The translations under genes and the position numbers were made by a program. From Candidatus Hydrogenedentota bacterium (lineage in GTDB: Bacteria > Hydrogenedentota > Hydrogenedentia > Hydrogenedentales > SLHB01), in the NCBI GenBank assembly GCA_045863295.1, contig BTWA01000024.1, positions 29,608-93,607 of the forward strand: a stretch of 64,000 bases of DNA. Direction: 5' to 3'. A model generated the notes under the pieces. The model saw nothing but the letters and a program-made list of their open reading frames with translations, searched no databases and was not told the DNA's origin. This document shows, piece by piece, positions 43,279 to 52,893 of the stretch. The stretch's first letter is position 1, and every line of letters starts with the position of its first letter.

Positions 43279-44433
43279 ATGACAATCGCCCGGCAACTCG
43301 CTCCGTATCTCTATTGTAACACGATTTCCTTCCTGATCCTGCTCTTTTCCTGCGGTCCCGCCATTGCCGTCGATGGCATTTTTCTCAATGAAATCAAGCT
43401 GCCACCAGGGTTTTCCATCGAAGTGTTTGCTGAAGGAGTGCAAAATGCGCGCTCCATGGCCATCAGCCCGTCAGGCATCGTGTTTGTCGGTACTCGCGAC
43501 GCCGGCGGCGGCCAGGTGTACGCCGTCGTCGACGCAAACAAGGATGCGAAGGCCGATGAGGTGGTTGTCATAGCCAAAGGGCTGCATCAACCAAACGGCG
43601 TCGCCTTTCGAAATGGTTCGCTCTACGTCGCGGAGATTCATCGGGTCATTCGCTTCGACAACATCGAACAGACGTTTCGGAACAATCCTAAATTTGAAGT
43701 CGTCAACGATACTTTTCCCACCGACGAACACCATGGCTGGAAATACATCGCATTCGGACCCGACGGCAAACTCTATGTGCCTGTCGGATCACCCTGCAAT
43801 ATCTGTGATCGACCGGACAACCCCCAATACGCATCCATTACACGCATGGACCCCGATGGCAAAAACCTCGAAGTATTCGCCCACGGCATACGCAATACCG
43901 TGGGCTTTGCCTGGCATCCCGTGTCCAATGAACTCTGGTTCACGGACAACGGCCGCGACTGGATGGGCGACGACGGCCCCGGCGACGAACTGAATCGAGC
44001 GCCGCAGCCAGGCATGCATTTCGGTTTCCCATACATACACGCCGAAGGAATTCCCGATCCAGAATTCGGCGCCGGCCGAAAGCCGGAAGAATTCACTCCG
44101 CCCGTGCAAGTGCTTGGACCCCACGTGGCTGCGCTCGGCATGAAATTCTATACCGGATCGATGTTTCCCGCGGAGTATAAGAATCAAATCCTCATCGCCG
44201 AACACGGATCCTGGAATCGCTCTCCCAAGGTGGGCCATACCGGATATCGCGTCATGTTGGTCAGACTCAATGGCAATGGAGCCATCTCCTACGAACCATT
44301 TGCTGAAGGGTGGTTGCGACAGGACAACAAAGCGTGGGGGAGACCGGTCGATGTGCTTCAAATGCCCGATGGCGCCATACTCGTGTCAGACGATCAATCA
44401 GGCGTAATCTATCGCATTTCTTACAAAAGTTGA
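43279..44433 (+). CDS. PQQ-dependent sugar/sorbosone dehydrogenase family protein
   Basis: HHGWKYIAFGPDGKLYV, GIRNTVG, TDNGRD, AEHGSWNR and GRPVDV motifs. Confidence 0.9.
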   Translation: MTIARQLAPYLYCNTISFLILLFSCGPAIAVDGIFLNEIKLPPGFSIEVFAEGVQNARSMAISPSGIVFVGTRDAGGGQVYAVVDANKDAKADEVVVIAKGLHQPNGVAFRNGSLYVAEIHRVIRFDNIEQTFRNNPKFEVVNDTFPTDEHHGWKYIAFGPDGKLYVPVGSPCNICDRPDNPQYASITRMDPDGKNLEVFAHGIRNTVGFAWHPVSNELWFTDNGRDWMGDDGPGDELNRAPQPGMHFGFPYIHAEGIPDPEFGAGRKPEEFTPPVQVLGPHVAALGMKFYTGSMFPAEYKNQILIAEHGSWNRSPKVGHTGYRVMLVRLNGNGAISYEPFAEGWLRQDNKAWGRPVDVLQMPDGAILVSDDQSGVIYRISYKS

Positions 44434-44475
44434 GGCAATTGACGGTGTAGTCCGCACCGAATGGCAAGCAAAAGA

Positions 44476-45771
44476 TTAGGGCAATTCCTCTTCGCCCGGG
44501 TTCCTGCCCAGCTTTCGCCGGAGTCGATCCAGACGGTGTTGAAACGCGGCCAGCTGAGAGTCTGTGAGCATCGATCCGCGCCCCAACGCGATGCGCATCT
44601 CCAGGAATTGCACGCTCTCTTCGCAAAGCCGCATCGCCGCCGAAAGATTCCTCGCGCGATGTTCAAAATGCTTCGCCAACTCATGCCGTGCCATGAGATC
44701 CTGCGGATGCTCACTCAATAACAACGCCCAGCACGATTCCATCCGCGTCCATTCGCCGGTGCGCTTGCCCGCGATCGCCATCATCTCAAGGCACTCGCGA
44801 CGCGTTTCCGGTACCGCCTCGCTCTCCAAAAACTTGTCCCCCAGCGACAACACTTCCCGATACCGCCGCTGCCGAAACTGAACCCGAATCAGCGAGAGCC
44901 GATCCTGAGGATGTTCAAACCCTTCGCCTTCCGGTCGATCGAGGCACTGCGACAGCCACGCCGTCAATGCCGCAAGCGAAAGAATATCCATCTTGTGGTG
45001 ATAAAACACCGGCGTCAGCGGCCGCGCATCCCGCGTGCGCAGGTAGTCAAACCACAACTGCGGTATCAATTCCCCCGGAACATCCCCGTGCCGTTGCAGC
45101 CCGAGTATGTGCTTCTCCACATTGCCCAGGTTGCACCGGCCCAGGCGTTCTTTCCAGAATCGCCGCGCGGCGTGTAATAAGTCAAAATGAAGGATCGAAT
45201 CCAGGGGAAACGGAATCCGATTCTGAATAAACCGTGTCCGCAACAATGGAAGATCAAACGTCTTCCCGTTGTAGCTCACCACGGCGTCGAATTGCCGGAA
45301 CAGATTCCCGAGATACGCCAGCATCGGCTCTTCATCGTCGTAGTCCCGCATGAACAACTGCTCGAGCCGAAACGCACCGTCGGCAAAATAACCCACGCCA
45401 ATCAGAAACGTCACGGTGCCCGTCCCGCCCGCAAGCCCGCTCGTCTCCGTATCCACAAAGCAGGTACGCGCGGGATCGAATCGTTCCAACTCGTCGTCCG
45501 CCGCCGCAAAAGCGATATGCTCAGGGCAAACATCAAGCGCCGCCCCCAACGGGATCTGCCCCTGCATCGTGTCCAGTGGGAAGTCCTGTCTCACCAGATA
45601 GAAGCCGTTATCGGGCTCGCCGATAAGCGCTCCAGGCACTGCCTTATCCACTTCAAATGCGCCAGACTCGCGTTCTCTCTGCAAAGTCTCAATCTTCTGC
45701 TTCCATTCCGCCCCCCGCATGAGGCCTTTGCCCGCAAGCAGTGCATCGAGTTTGTTCTTCACGTCAGACAT
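44476..45771 (-). CDS. mrfB: YprB/MrfB-like RNase H-fold (DEDD) exonuclease with TPR tail
   Basis: FVDTETSGL, SYNGKTFDLPLL, HFDLLH and HHKMDILSL motifs; directly follows the DUF1998 helicase. Confidence 0.8.
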   Translation of the reverse strand: MSDVKNKLDALLAGKGLMRGAEWKQKIETLQRERESGAFEVDKAVPGALIGEPDNGFYLVRQDFPLDTMQGQIPLGAALDVCPEHIAFAAADDELERFDPARTCFVDTETSGLAGGTGTVTFLIGVGYFADGAFRLEQLFMRDYDDEEPMLAYLGNLFRQFDAVVSYNGKTFDLPLLRTRFIQNRIPFPLDSILHFDLLHAARRFWKERLGRCNLGNVEKHILGLQRHGDVPGELIPQLWFDYLRTRDARPLTPVFYHHKMDILSLAALTAWLSQCLDRPEGEGFEHPQDRLSLIRVQFRQRRYREVLSLGDKFLESEAVPETRRECLEMMAIAGKRTGEWTRMESCWALLLSEHPQDLMARHELAKHFEHRARNLSAAMRLCEESVQFLEMRIALGRGSMLTDSQLAAFQHRLDRLRRKLGRNPGEEELP

Positions 45772-45773
45772 GG

Positions 45774-48071
45774 CTATCCATTCGCAATCTGCACCGTGGG
45801 CCGGTCAATTGCCAACGCCGCCAGCGTCACCGCCGCGCTCTTCGCATGTTCCCCCACGTCCGCCGATGGCCCCACGCAACTCGGACAGCCTTCCTTGCAC
45901 GAGCAACCACTTATAAGCGACACCGCTGCCTCAAGCAATCGAGTGTGGTGCGTATACAACTTCTCGCTGAAACCCACACCGCCCGGCGAGGTTTCATACA
46001 AATAAATCGTGGGACGCTCCGAAAAAGGCGCCCGCAACATCCCCAACGCACGGATATCCGTGGGATCGCATAACACCTGCACCGGCGCCACCTGCCGGAG
46101 CGTGTTCGCAAGCCCATGCAAGGCCTCCGCCAAGTGCTCCTTCGTAATGGCCAGCCGCTCCGCTGTGTCCTCCGGAAACTCTATCCAATACGAAGCCGTG
46201 TGCATCGTGGACTCGGGTAAATCGATTTCGCCCCAACCCACATTCTCATGCGTCCCGAATTTGATCTTCTTGTAAATGCTCGGCAGCCACGTCACGCTTA
46301 CCTCGCCGCAATGCTTGGTCGCCTCGTTCACCGCCGTCCAGTCAAAACTATCGATGACCTTTACGTCCACCTTGATCTGCGCGTCCGTGTAGTAGTCCAC
46401 ATCCACCGGACGCGCATACGCCTTGCGATCCTCCAGATCCAATTCATCAATGGTGTACTGCGCGCTCTGGTGCATGTACACCGCGTTCTTGTAGACCTCC
46501 ACCGGCGCGGCAAACAAATCCACTTCCCCAATCACCCGGCCGTTGTCGGTCGTGTCCAGAATCACCACGTTGCCCGGGGCCGCCGTCCGCAGGCTGATGT
46601 CCTCCGCCGGATAGGTGTCCGCGCTCCAATGCCACTTGTCCCGCACGTGACGCAATATCTTTTGTTCCGCCAGATACTCCAGGATCTCCCGCGTCGAAGC
46701 CGCGTCCACACCAAAGGTCTCGCCGTCCTTGAAGGGTATTTCAAACGCGGCGCACTTCATGTGGCTCGTCATGATGATCAAATTGTTGGGGTCTACCGTC
46801 GCGCTTTCCGGCGCTTGTTCAAAAAAATACTCGGGATGATTGATGATGTACTGATCCAGCGGCGCGCTCGACGCAATCAAAATCACCAGCGATACCCCCG
46901 ATCGCCGCCCCGCGCGCCCCGCCTGCTGCCACGTGCTTGCCACGCTCCCCGAATACCCCGTCATGATGCAGACGTCGAGGGAACCGATATCAATGCCCAA
47001 CTCAAGCGCGTTCGTGCTCACCACCGCCATGATGTCGCCGTTGCGCAAACCCTGCTCGATCGCGCGCCGCTCCGTCGGCAGATAACCGCCCCGGTAGCCG
47101 CGCACAAGCTGATCGCTCTTGCCCAGTTTGCGCACCGCTTCCTTCAAGTACGTCGTCAGCACTTCCACCCGGATCCGGCTGCGGGCAAATACAATCGACT
47201 GCATGTCCCGCGACAACACTTGCGACGCGATCCGGGCCGCCTCCTTCACCGATGACGCCCGGATGCCCAGTTCCGCCTGCACCACCGGCGGATTGTAAAA
47301 CAGAAAATGCTTCTCGCCCGCCGGCGCCCCGTTGTTGTCAATCAAGCGTATCGGCTTCTCCACAACGCGTTCCGCCACTTCCTTCGGATTGTTAATCGTC
47401 GCGCTGCAACAAATGAACTGCGGCTCGGACCCATAAAACGCGCAAATCCGTTTCAACCGTCGAAGCACATTCGCAAGGTGGCTCCCGAACGTCCCCCGGT
47501 AATGATGCACCTCGTCAATCACCACATACTTCAGATTCTCAAACAGCCGCATCCAAATCGTGTGGTGGGGGAGAATCCCCGAATGAAGCATGTCCGGGTT
47601 TGTCACAACGATGTGCCCCGCGTTCCGCACCGCCTTCCGCGCCGAAGCCGGCGTGTCCCCGTCGAACGTAAACGTGCCGATCTTCACCTCGAGGTCATCA
47701 ATCGTCGTCTGCAACTCCGTGACCTGATCCTGCGACAACGCCTTCGTCGGAAACAGATACAACGCCCGGGCGTTCGGGTTCTCAATAAGCGTGTTCAACA
47801 CCGGCACGTTGTAACACAGCGTCTTCCCCGAAGCCGTCGGCGTCACCACGCAAATGTGCTCCCCACGAAGCACCGCTTCCACCGCCTCCGTCTGATGCGT
47901 GTAAAGGTTGTGGATGCCCCGCTTCTGAAGCCCGTCCACCAAGCGCGGATTCAAACCCGCTGGAAATCCACCATACCGAGGCTCCTGGGGCGGTATTGTC
48001 CGCCACGAAGTCAGATTACGGGAAAACTGGGCATCCCCGCGCAACCGGTCCACGGCTTGTGCTGCATTCAT
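45774..48071 (-). CDS. mrfA: YprA/MrfA-like DEAH helicase with C-terminal DUF1998 zinc domain
   Basis: TPTASGKT, FPTKALSQDQ, DEVH, TNALELGIDIG, QQAGRAGR and CSCKEGCPSC motifs. Confidence 0.88.
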   Translation of the reverse strand: MNAAQAVDRLRGDAQFSRNLTSWRTIPPQEPRYGGFPAGLNPRLVDGLQKRGIHNLYTHQTEAVEAVLRGEHICVVTPTASGKTLCYNVPVLNTLIENPNARALYLFPTKALSQDQVTELQTTIDDLEVKIGTFTFDGDTPASARKAVRNAGHIVVTNPDMLHSGILPHHTIWMRLFENLKYVVIDEVHHYRGTFGSHLANVLRRLKRICAFYGSEPQFICCSATINNPKEVAERVVEKPIRLIDNNGAPAGEKHFLFYNPPVVQAELGIRASSVKEAARIASQVLSRDMQSIVFARSRIRVEVLTTYLKEAVRKLGKSDQLVRGYRGGYLPTERRAIEQGLRNGDIMAVVSTNALELGIDIGSLDVCIMTGYSGSVASTWQQAGRAGRRSGVSLVILIASSAPLDQYIINHPEYFFEQAPESATVDPNNLIIMTSHMKCAAFEIPFKDGETFGVDAASTREILEYLAEQKILRHVRDKWHWSADTYPAEDISLRTAAPGNVVILDTTDNGRVIGEVDLFAAPVEVYKNAVYMHQSAQYTIDELDLEDRKAYARPVDVDYYTDAQIKVDVKVIDSFDWTAVNEATKHCGEVSVTWLPSIYKKIKFGTHENVGWGEIDLPESTMHTASYWIEFPEDTAERLAITKEHLAEALHGLANTLRQVAPVQVLCDPTDIRALGMLRAPFSERPTIYLYETSPGGVGFSEKLYTHHTRLLEAAVSLISGCSCKEGCPSCVGPSADVGEHAKSAAVTLAALAIDRPTVQIANG

Positions 48072-48315
48072 TCAGGCCATCCCACAGGTTGAATCCATCT
48101 GAATATATCATCAGTAGCAACCCTGCGCAACCCCAAGTGCCTGCCCCTTGACAGGCCATCTCGAAGTCCAGCCCATATCAGAGGAAATATGCGTTCGCCT
48201 GCCCACCAGCAACCTGGGCTCGCCTTGTTTTGACCGGCCTGCGGGACCATATAATAGGGAGCCAGGAGACCAATGAGGGTTATCTCCCCATGAAATACGT
48301 TCGGACGTACCCACC

Positions 48316-48822
48316 TTGAAAGGCCGGGACCTCAAATGGTTCTACGGTGTCGAAGGCCGGCAGTTTACCCCAAATCGCTTCTACAAAGTGTATCTCTCCA
48401 AAGAGTCAATGATGCTGGCCCGATTGGCCGGTCAAATCTTTGATAGCGAGTCCGCGTCAACCCTTGCGGCGCAAGGTCAAATCTTCGCGCCGCTCCTCTT
48501 CCTGTACTTCAACCGCTTGGTCCGGCGCCGCACGGAAAACGAATTGAAGTACGACGACATGGACTTGATGTCCGATCGATTCCTGGCCGAAGATTCCCGA
48601 AACCTCCGGATACCCTATCGAAACCTGATCAACGTGCAGATGGTCCCCAAACGCAACGCCGGCGCAAAACTGTGGGCGGGACACAGCACCCAGGGCTATC
48701 TGGACATAACCGACATGCACGGAAAACGCCGAAGGCTATACCTGACAGAGCCCATCGACCCCAGCCTGACCCATACCATGATCAAAGAGTTCATTCCCAG
48801 AATCGAATACAATCCACCCTGA
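48316..48822 (+). CDS. Hypothetical protein (start uncertain)
   Basis: 168-aa ORF with gene-like codon usage; no recognisable motif. Confidence 0.55.
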   Translation: MKGRDLKWFYGVEGRQFTPNRFYKVYLSKESMMLARLAGQIFDSESASTLAAQGQIFAPLLFLYFNRLVRRRTENELKYDDMDLMSDRFLAEDSRNLRIPYRNLINVQMVPKRNAGAKLWAGHSTQGYLDITDMHGKRRRLYLTEPIDPSLTHTMIKEFIPRIEYNPP

Positions 48823-48991
48823 CGATCCTGATCCCGCCGGACGTCTCAACCCATCCAACGAAATCATCAATCGGCGCAACAAATCCCACGCACCAACCCC
48901 CCTGCTGCGCCACCGATTCCCCGCCATGGCCCCTGACCAAAACAGTCTCCTCCCAGAACCGCCCAGGCAGCCACACCCACACGCTCCTTCC

Positions 48992-49071
48992 CCAAAACCA
49001 TCCATACCGAAGCCCCCCCTTTGGACTGCGCCGGCAAAGGCGACAGCCGTCGACGGCGCTTTGGCTCTCGG
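48992..49071 (+). repeat. 80-bp REP-like element, left copy
   Basis: CCAAAACCATCCATACCGAAGCCCCCCCTTTGGACTGCGCCGGCAAAGGCGACAGCCGTCGACGGCGCTTTGGCTCTCGG; matches 56494-56574 except for one indel. Confidence 0.95.
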
Positions 49072-49241
49072 CAAATGCGGCTGCGTGGACAACCAACAAA
49101 GCGTCTATAGCGTGGCACAGCCAATAGCCCCTAATGAAACAAGCCCCATACCCCGGTGCAATACAAAACGGAACAGGCCATAACGCTGTCCCCCTGGCCC
49201 CGGAGGGCCCGAACATCCTCCTACCACTGCTAGGCCACATG

Positions 49242-50084
49242 CTATCGACTCCGCTTCCAGGGGCCATAGTCCATGTGCGCCGTCAATCCAAGCAACGTCT
49301 CAATCTGCCCCGCCGCGCGCATGACCTGATACAGGTCCAACGACTCAACCGTCGTGTTCGCCTTCACGTAATCATTCAAATACGTCTCGGATTTCGATTC
49401 GACACCGTTGCGCGTGCATACCAGATACGCCACGGATTCCGCCTCCAACTCCGCCTGCGCATGATTGGGCCGCGGGCGCTCGGGAATGTTCAGGTAGCTG
49501 TCCTGTCCCAAGTGGCCGAGGAACAGATGGGCCAGTTCATGTGCAATGGTGACAAACCGCACGGGCGCGGTGTGATTGCGGTTAGCATACACCTTGTACT
49601 CGCTGGGCTTCTTATCCCCGGACACCGTCAATCGATGGATCGATCCGGCACGGCCGTCGCCCGCGTCGAACGATTCAAACGAAATGTGCTTCGCTTTCAT
49701 TTTCGCAAGAAACAACGGGATGTCTTTATCCGACACCGACCCGCTGGCAAAGAAAGAGGCCACATCCTTCGGCAACGGTTTGCCTTCGGTGTCCAGCACA
49801 TCGTATACCAGCGCCACCGGCCCAAAAGGCCAGAGTATCAATAGAGGCCGCGCGTGTTCCTTAGGCTTCCGCTCGAATCGTGTCCGCCAATCGTACGCCG
49901 AAGCCGCATACGTCAATCCCGGCTTTTGCACATGCAACAGCATCGCGTTAAACGGCGCAAAGTTTCGAAGCCGTTTGGTGAATTTAAGGAGTTCCAGATA
50001 ATCCTTGCTCGACGTGTAAAGCCGCGACTCCTCGAATAATTGGTCAAGTAGCGAACGGGCGGCTTCATTATCGAAAAGACCCAT
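49242..50084 (-). CDS. ArdC-like N-terminal ssDNA-binding domain fused to an ImmA/IrrE-type HExxH metallopeptidase
   Basis: GGAGG RBS before ATG 50084; FAPFNAMLLHVQKP...W...F.R...LILWP...VYDVLDTEGKPLP; TIAHELAH...ELEAESVAYLVC. Confidence 0.75.
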   Translation of the reverse strand: MGLFDNEAARSLLDQLFEESRLYTSSKDYLELLKFTKRLRNFAPFNAMLLHVQKPGLTYAASAYDWRTRFERKPKEHARPLLILWPFGPVALVYDVLDTEGKPLPKDVASFFASGSVSDKDIPLFLAKMKAKHISFESFDAGDGRAGSIHRLTVSGDKKPSEYKVYANRNHTAPVRFVTIAHELAHLFLGHLGQDSYLNIPERPRPNHAQAELEAESVAYLVCTRNGVESKSETYLNDYVKANTTVESLDLYQVMRAAGQIETLLGLTAHMDYGPWKRSR

Positions 50085-50124
50085 CACAGCCTCCGTATAC
50101 ACATCCCTTCGGCCCACAGATTAT

Positions 50125-51498
50125 GTTACGGCTTGACTCCATTTTGCACCCCTAATAAAATCGTATTTCGCTTGACTTGTACGTGGGCATGGTTGCGGCT
50201 TGACTCCATTTTGCACCCCTAATAAAATTGCGTCGGCATCGTACTTTTTGCCAGCTAGTTGCGGCTTGACTCCATTTTGCACCCCTAATAAAATGCATCC
50301 AACAGTCACCAGACAGGCTATGACGTTGCGGCTTGACTCCATTTTGCACCCCTAATAAAATTATTTCACGGTCACACGCGACGGATGAATAGTTGCGGCT
50401 TGACTCCATTTTGCACCCCTAATAAAATCACGACCGGGTACAGCATGATTCAATTCAGTTGCGGCTTGACTCCATTTTGCACCCCTAATAAAATCAACTC
50501 CGCCCCATGGTCCGCGAGAATATCGTTGCGGCTTGACTCCATTTTGCACCCCTAATAAAATGCGCATCGCTTCCACTTGACCAGCGTTCATGTTGCGGCT
50601 TGACTCCATTTTGCACCCCTAATAAAATGCTTCATTGGAGTGGAAGAAAGACGGCCGGGTTGCGGCTTGACTCCATTTTGCACCCCTAATAAAATTTGAT
50701 CCTGTCGTCCGTGCCCGGCTTGGAGTTGCGGCTTGACTCCATTTTGCACCCCTAATAAAATCCCGCGCCCACAGGCTCACTCCGGCCATCAGTTGCGGCT
50801 TGACTCCATTTTGCACCCCTAATAAAATCCTAACGGGCCTGTGAGCGAACGCGAGTCTGTTGCGGCTTGACTCCATTTTGCACCCCTAATAAAATCCCAT
50901 TGGTAGACGGTCCGATAGGGCTGTAGTTGCGGCTTGACTCCATTTTGCACCCCTAATAAAATTTAAACCGCTCAATGCTCTCCCACTCCACAGTTGCGGC
51001 TTGACTCCATTTTGCACCCCTAATAAAATGAACCTTCTCGACCGTAACCAAGCCCCGCTGTTGCGGCTTGACTCCATTTTGCACCCCTAATAAAATTCCA
51101 TCGGAGGCAAGACCTACTCGCACAACGTTGCGGCTTGACTCCATTTTGCACCCCTAATAAAATATCGCCTGTTAGTGGCGCGCTTCAAACCATGTTGCGG
51201 CTTGACTCCATTTTGCACCCCTAATAAAATAATCGCGACGGCGGGGAACGTTCCCGCGTGTTGCGGCTTGACTCCATTTTGCACCCCTAATAAAATGACC
51301 GAGCGATTCATTCAATTCGCATTCTGGTTGCGGCTTGACTCCATTTTGCACCCCTAATAAAATGCACAGCAGCCATTGTCCAGCATTTCCTGTAGTTGCG
51401 GCTTGACTCCATTTTGCACCCCTAATAAAATAAGATCGAGTTGCGTCATCATTTCACGATCGTTGCGGCTTGACTCCATTTTGCACCCCTAATAAAAT
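50125..51498 (+). CRISPR. Type II-C CRISPR array: 21 repeats of 37 bp, 20 spacers of 29-31 bp
   Basis: Repeat GTTGCGGCTTGACTCCATTTTGCACCCCTAATAAAAT; the first copy has a G4A change. Strand inferred from tracrRNA complementarity and the in-repeat promoter. Confidence 0.99.
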
Positions 51499-51510
51499 CT
51501 AGGGTCTCGT

Positions 51511-51566
51511 AAGGGCCTGTTTTTGCTGGGTTTAGCGTGGTTTCGACTCTGCAAAAACAGGCCCTT
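51511..51566. promoter_or_regulatory. 16-bp inverted repeat between the array and cas2
   Basis: AAGGGCCTGTTTTTGC(24 nt)GCAAAAACAGGCCCTT. Confidence 0.6.
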
Positions 51567-51622
51567 CTTGTCGAGTTTTCGCTGAGTTGGGAGACTTTTC
51601 TCGCGCAATAGCGCGCGATGCT

Positions 51623-51976
51623 TCAGAACAATGCCATCTGGCCTTGGTCTGGCAGTGGCCGACTCTCCGACCGTGCATAGAAGTGAAGCATGTTTTCGTA
51701 TTGCTTGTCCGTGAAAATCAAGATAGCCACTTTGCCCCCATGCGGCAGCATACGTCGAATCTTCGTGACAAGTGCTTCAGTCCGTTCCCTGCTCACGCAG
51801 CAGCGCATATAGACAGAAAACTGCGCCATCTCGAAACCAAGATCGAGGAGGTCCTGCCTGAACCGGGTCGCCTCTTTACGCTCATTCCTATCCAGAACTG
51901 GCAAATCGAACATTACAAGCATCCACATGACTCGATACCCGCTCATAAGAGTTATCGGGAGACGCGCGTCTTCCAT
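51623..51976 (-). CDS. cas2: CRISPR-associated endonuclease Cas2 (alternative start 51946)
   Basis: SGYRVMWMLVMFDLP, FRQDLLDLGFEMAQFSVY and FTDKQY type II Cas2 motifs. Confidence 0.97.
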   Translation of the reverse strand: MEDARLPITLMSGYRVMWMLVMFDLPVLDRNERKEATRFRQDLLDLGFEMAQFSVYMRCCVSRERTEALVTKIRRMLPHGGKVAILIFTDKQYENMLHFYARSESRPLPDQGQMALF

Positions 51977-51978
51977 GG

Positions 51979-52893
51979 TCAGTCGTCCGCTATCGAAATC
52001 CGCAGCCCATCGGGCAACACCAATTTGCGCTTACGCCCTTCGCATACGTCTGCCAGCGATCGCGTCAATCGGAGCAAACACTCGGTCACAGGGCTGGACA
52101 CACCCTCAAAAATCAAGTCCAGACCGGTGACCCCGATGAGTCTTTGCTTGGCGTTCGAATCCACAGTGGGTATTCCTTCAACGGCCCTCGCATGCGAATA
52201 AACGATCATGTCCACCAACGGACGAAACGGCTCCATCAGATCATCCGCCAGCGGCATGGTGTCGCGGGCGTTGCAGTGATGAATTCCAAACGCAGGATGC
52301 AGTCCGGCTAACATGATGGCCCGGACCACAGCGGATCGAAGGACGGTGTAACCATAATTAAGCAGCGCGTTCTCACCCCCAAGGTCCCGATCTCGGCGAA
52401 ATCCCGGCCCAAACAGAAGCGGAAAGTAAATCCGCGCGGCTTCTCCCTCTGCGTTGCCTGCGTCACCGCTTCGGACACGCCTCCAAAGTGTGTTAAGCCG
52501 CTCACTTTCCTTTCCCGTGCAGATTGCGAGTACCTCCGCCTGGCCCCGTATCTTTGCTGCAACAATCTGTTGCCACATTCGTTTGGAAGTCGTCTCGCCG
52601 AGTGCCGCCTGAGCGCGTATCCGGCCCGACTGATACTCATGGCTTTCGACAGGTAAAAGGATGGACGCGGGCAGAAAGCGATGGTCGCAGAGGATAAGCG
52701 GAGCACACTGCGCTGCCAACGCATGCAACAACTCCGCAGTGCAAGTGATACCATGGCCTGAAACGAGGACCACTTCGAGATCTTCAAGGGGTAAACGCCC
52801 CACCTCTCCGCCGTTTTCGGACACAATCAGAAAGCCTCTATATTTGTGCAGATGGCGGCCCGAACCGCTGATTTCAACTCCCCGGCGAATCAT
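51979..52893 (-). CDS. cas1: Type II CRISPR-associated endonuclease Cas1
   Basis: SGDAGNAEGEAARIYF, NALLNYGYTVLR, GIHH and LADDLMEPFRP motifs. Confidence 0.97.
   Translation of the reverse strand: MIRRGVEISGSGRHLHKYRGFLIVSENGGEVGRLPLEDLEVVLVSGHGITCTAELLHALAAQCAPLILCDHRFLPASILLPVESHEYQSGRIRAQAALGETTSKRMWQQIVAAKIRGQAEVLAICTGKESERLNTLWRRVRSGDAGNAEGEAARIYFPLLFGPGFRRDRDLGGENALLNYGYTVLRSAVVRAIMLAGLHPAFGIHHCNARDTMPLADDLMEPFRPLVDMIVYSHARAVEGIPTVDSNAKQRLIGVTGLDLIFEGVSSPVTECLLRLTRSLADVCEGRKRKLVLPDGLRISIADD

Noticed and set aside
44476..48071. DUF1998 helicase read as part of a DISARM or Druantia defence system
   Set aside because: It is paired with a YprB-like exonuclease as in MrfAB repair, and no methylase, PLD nuclease or drmA-type partners are present.
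49128..49140. CCCCTAATGAAAC resembling the 3' end of the CRISPR repeat
   Set aside because: Only a short partial match; the upstream bases do not align as a degenerate repeat.
50121..51357. Repetitive ORFs (MESSRN..., ILLGVQNGVKPQ)
   Set aside because: These are translations of the CRISPR repeats.
50162..51461. Self-targeting spacers within the window
   Set aside because: None noticed by eye, but an exhaustive search was not possible, so nothing is claimed either way.
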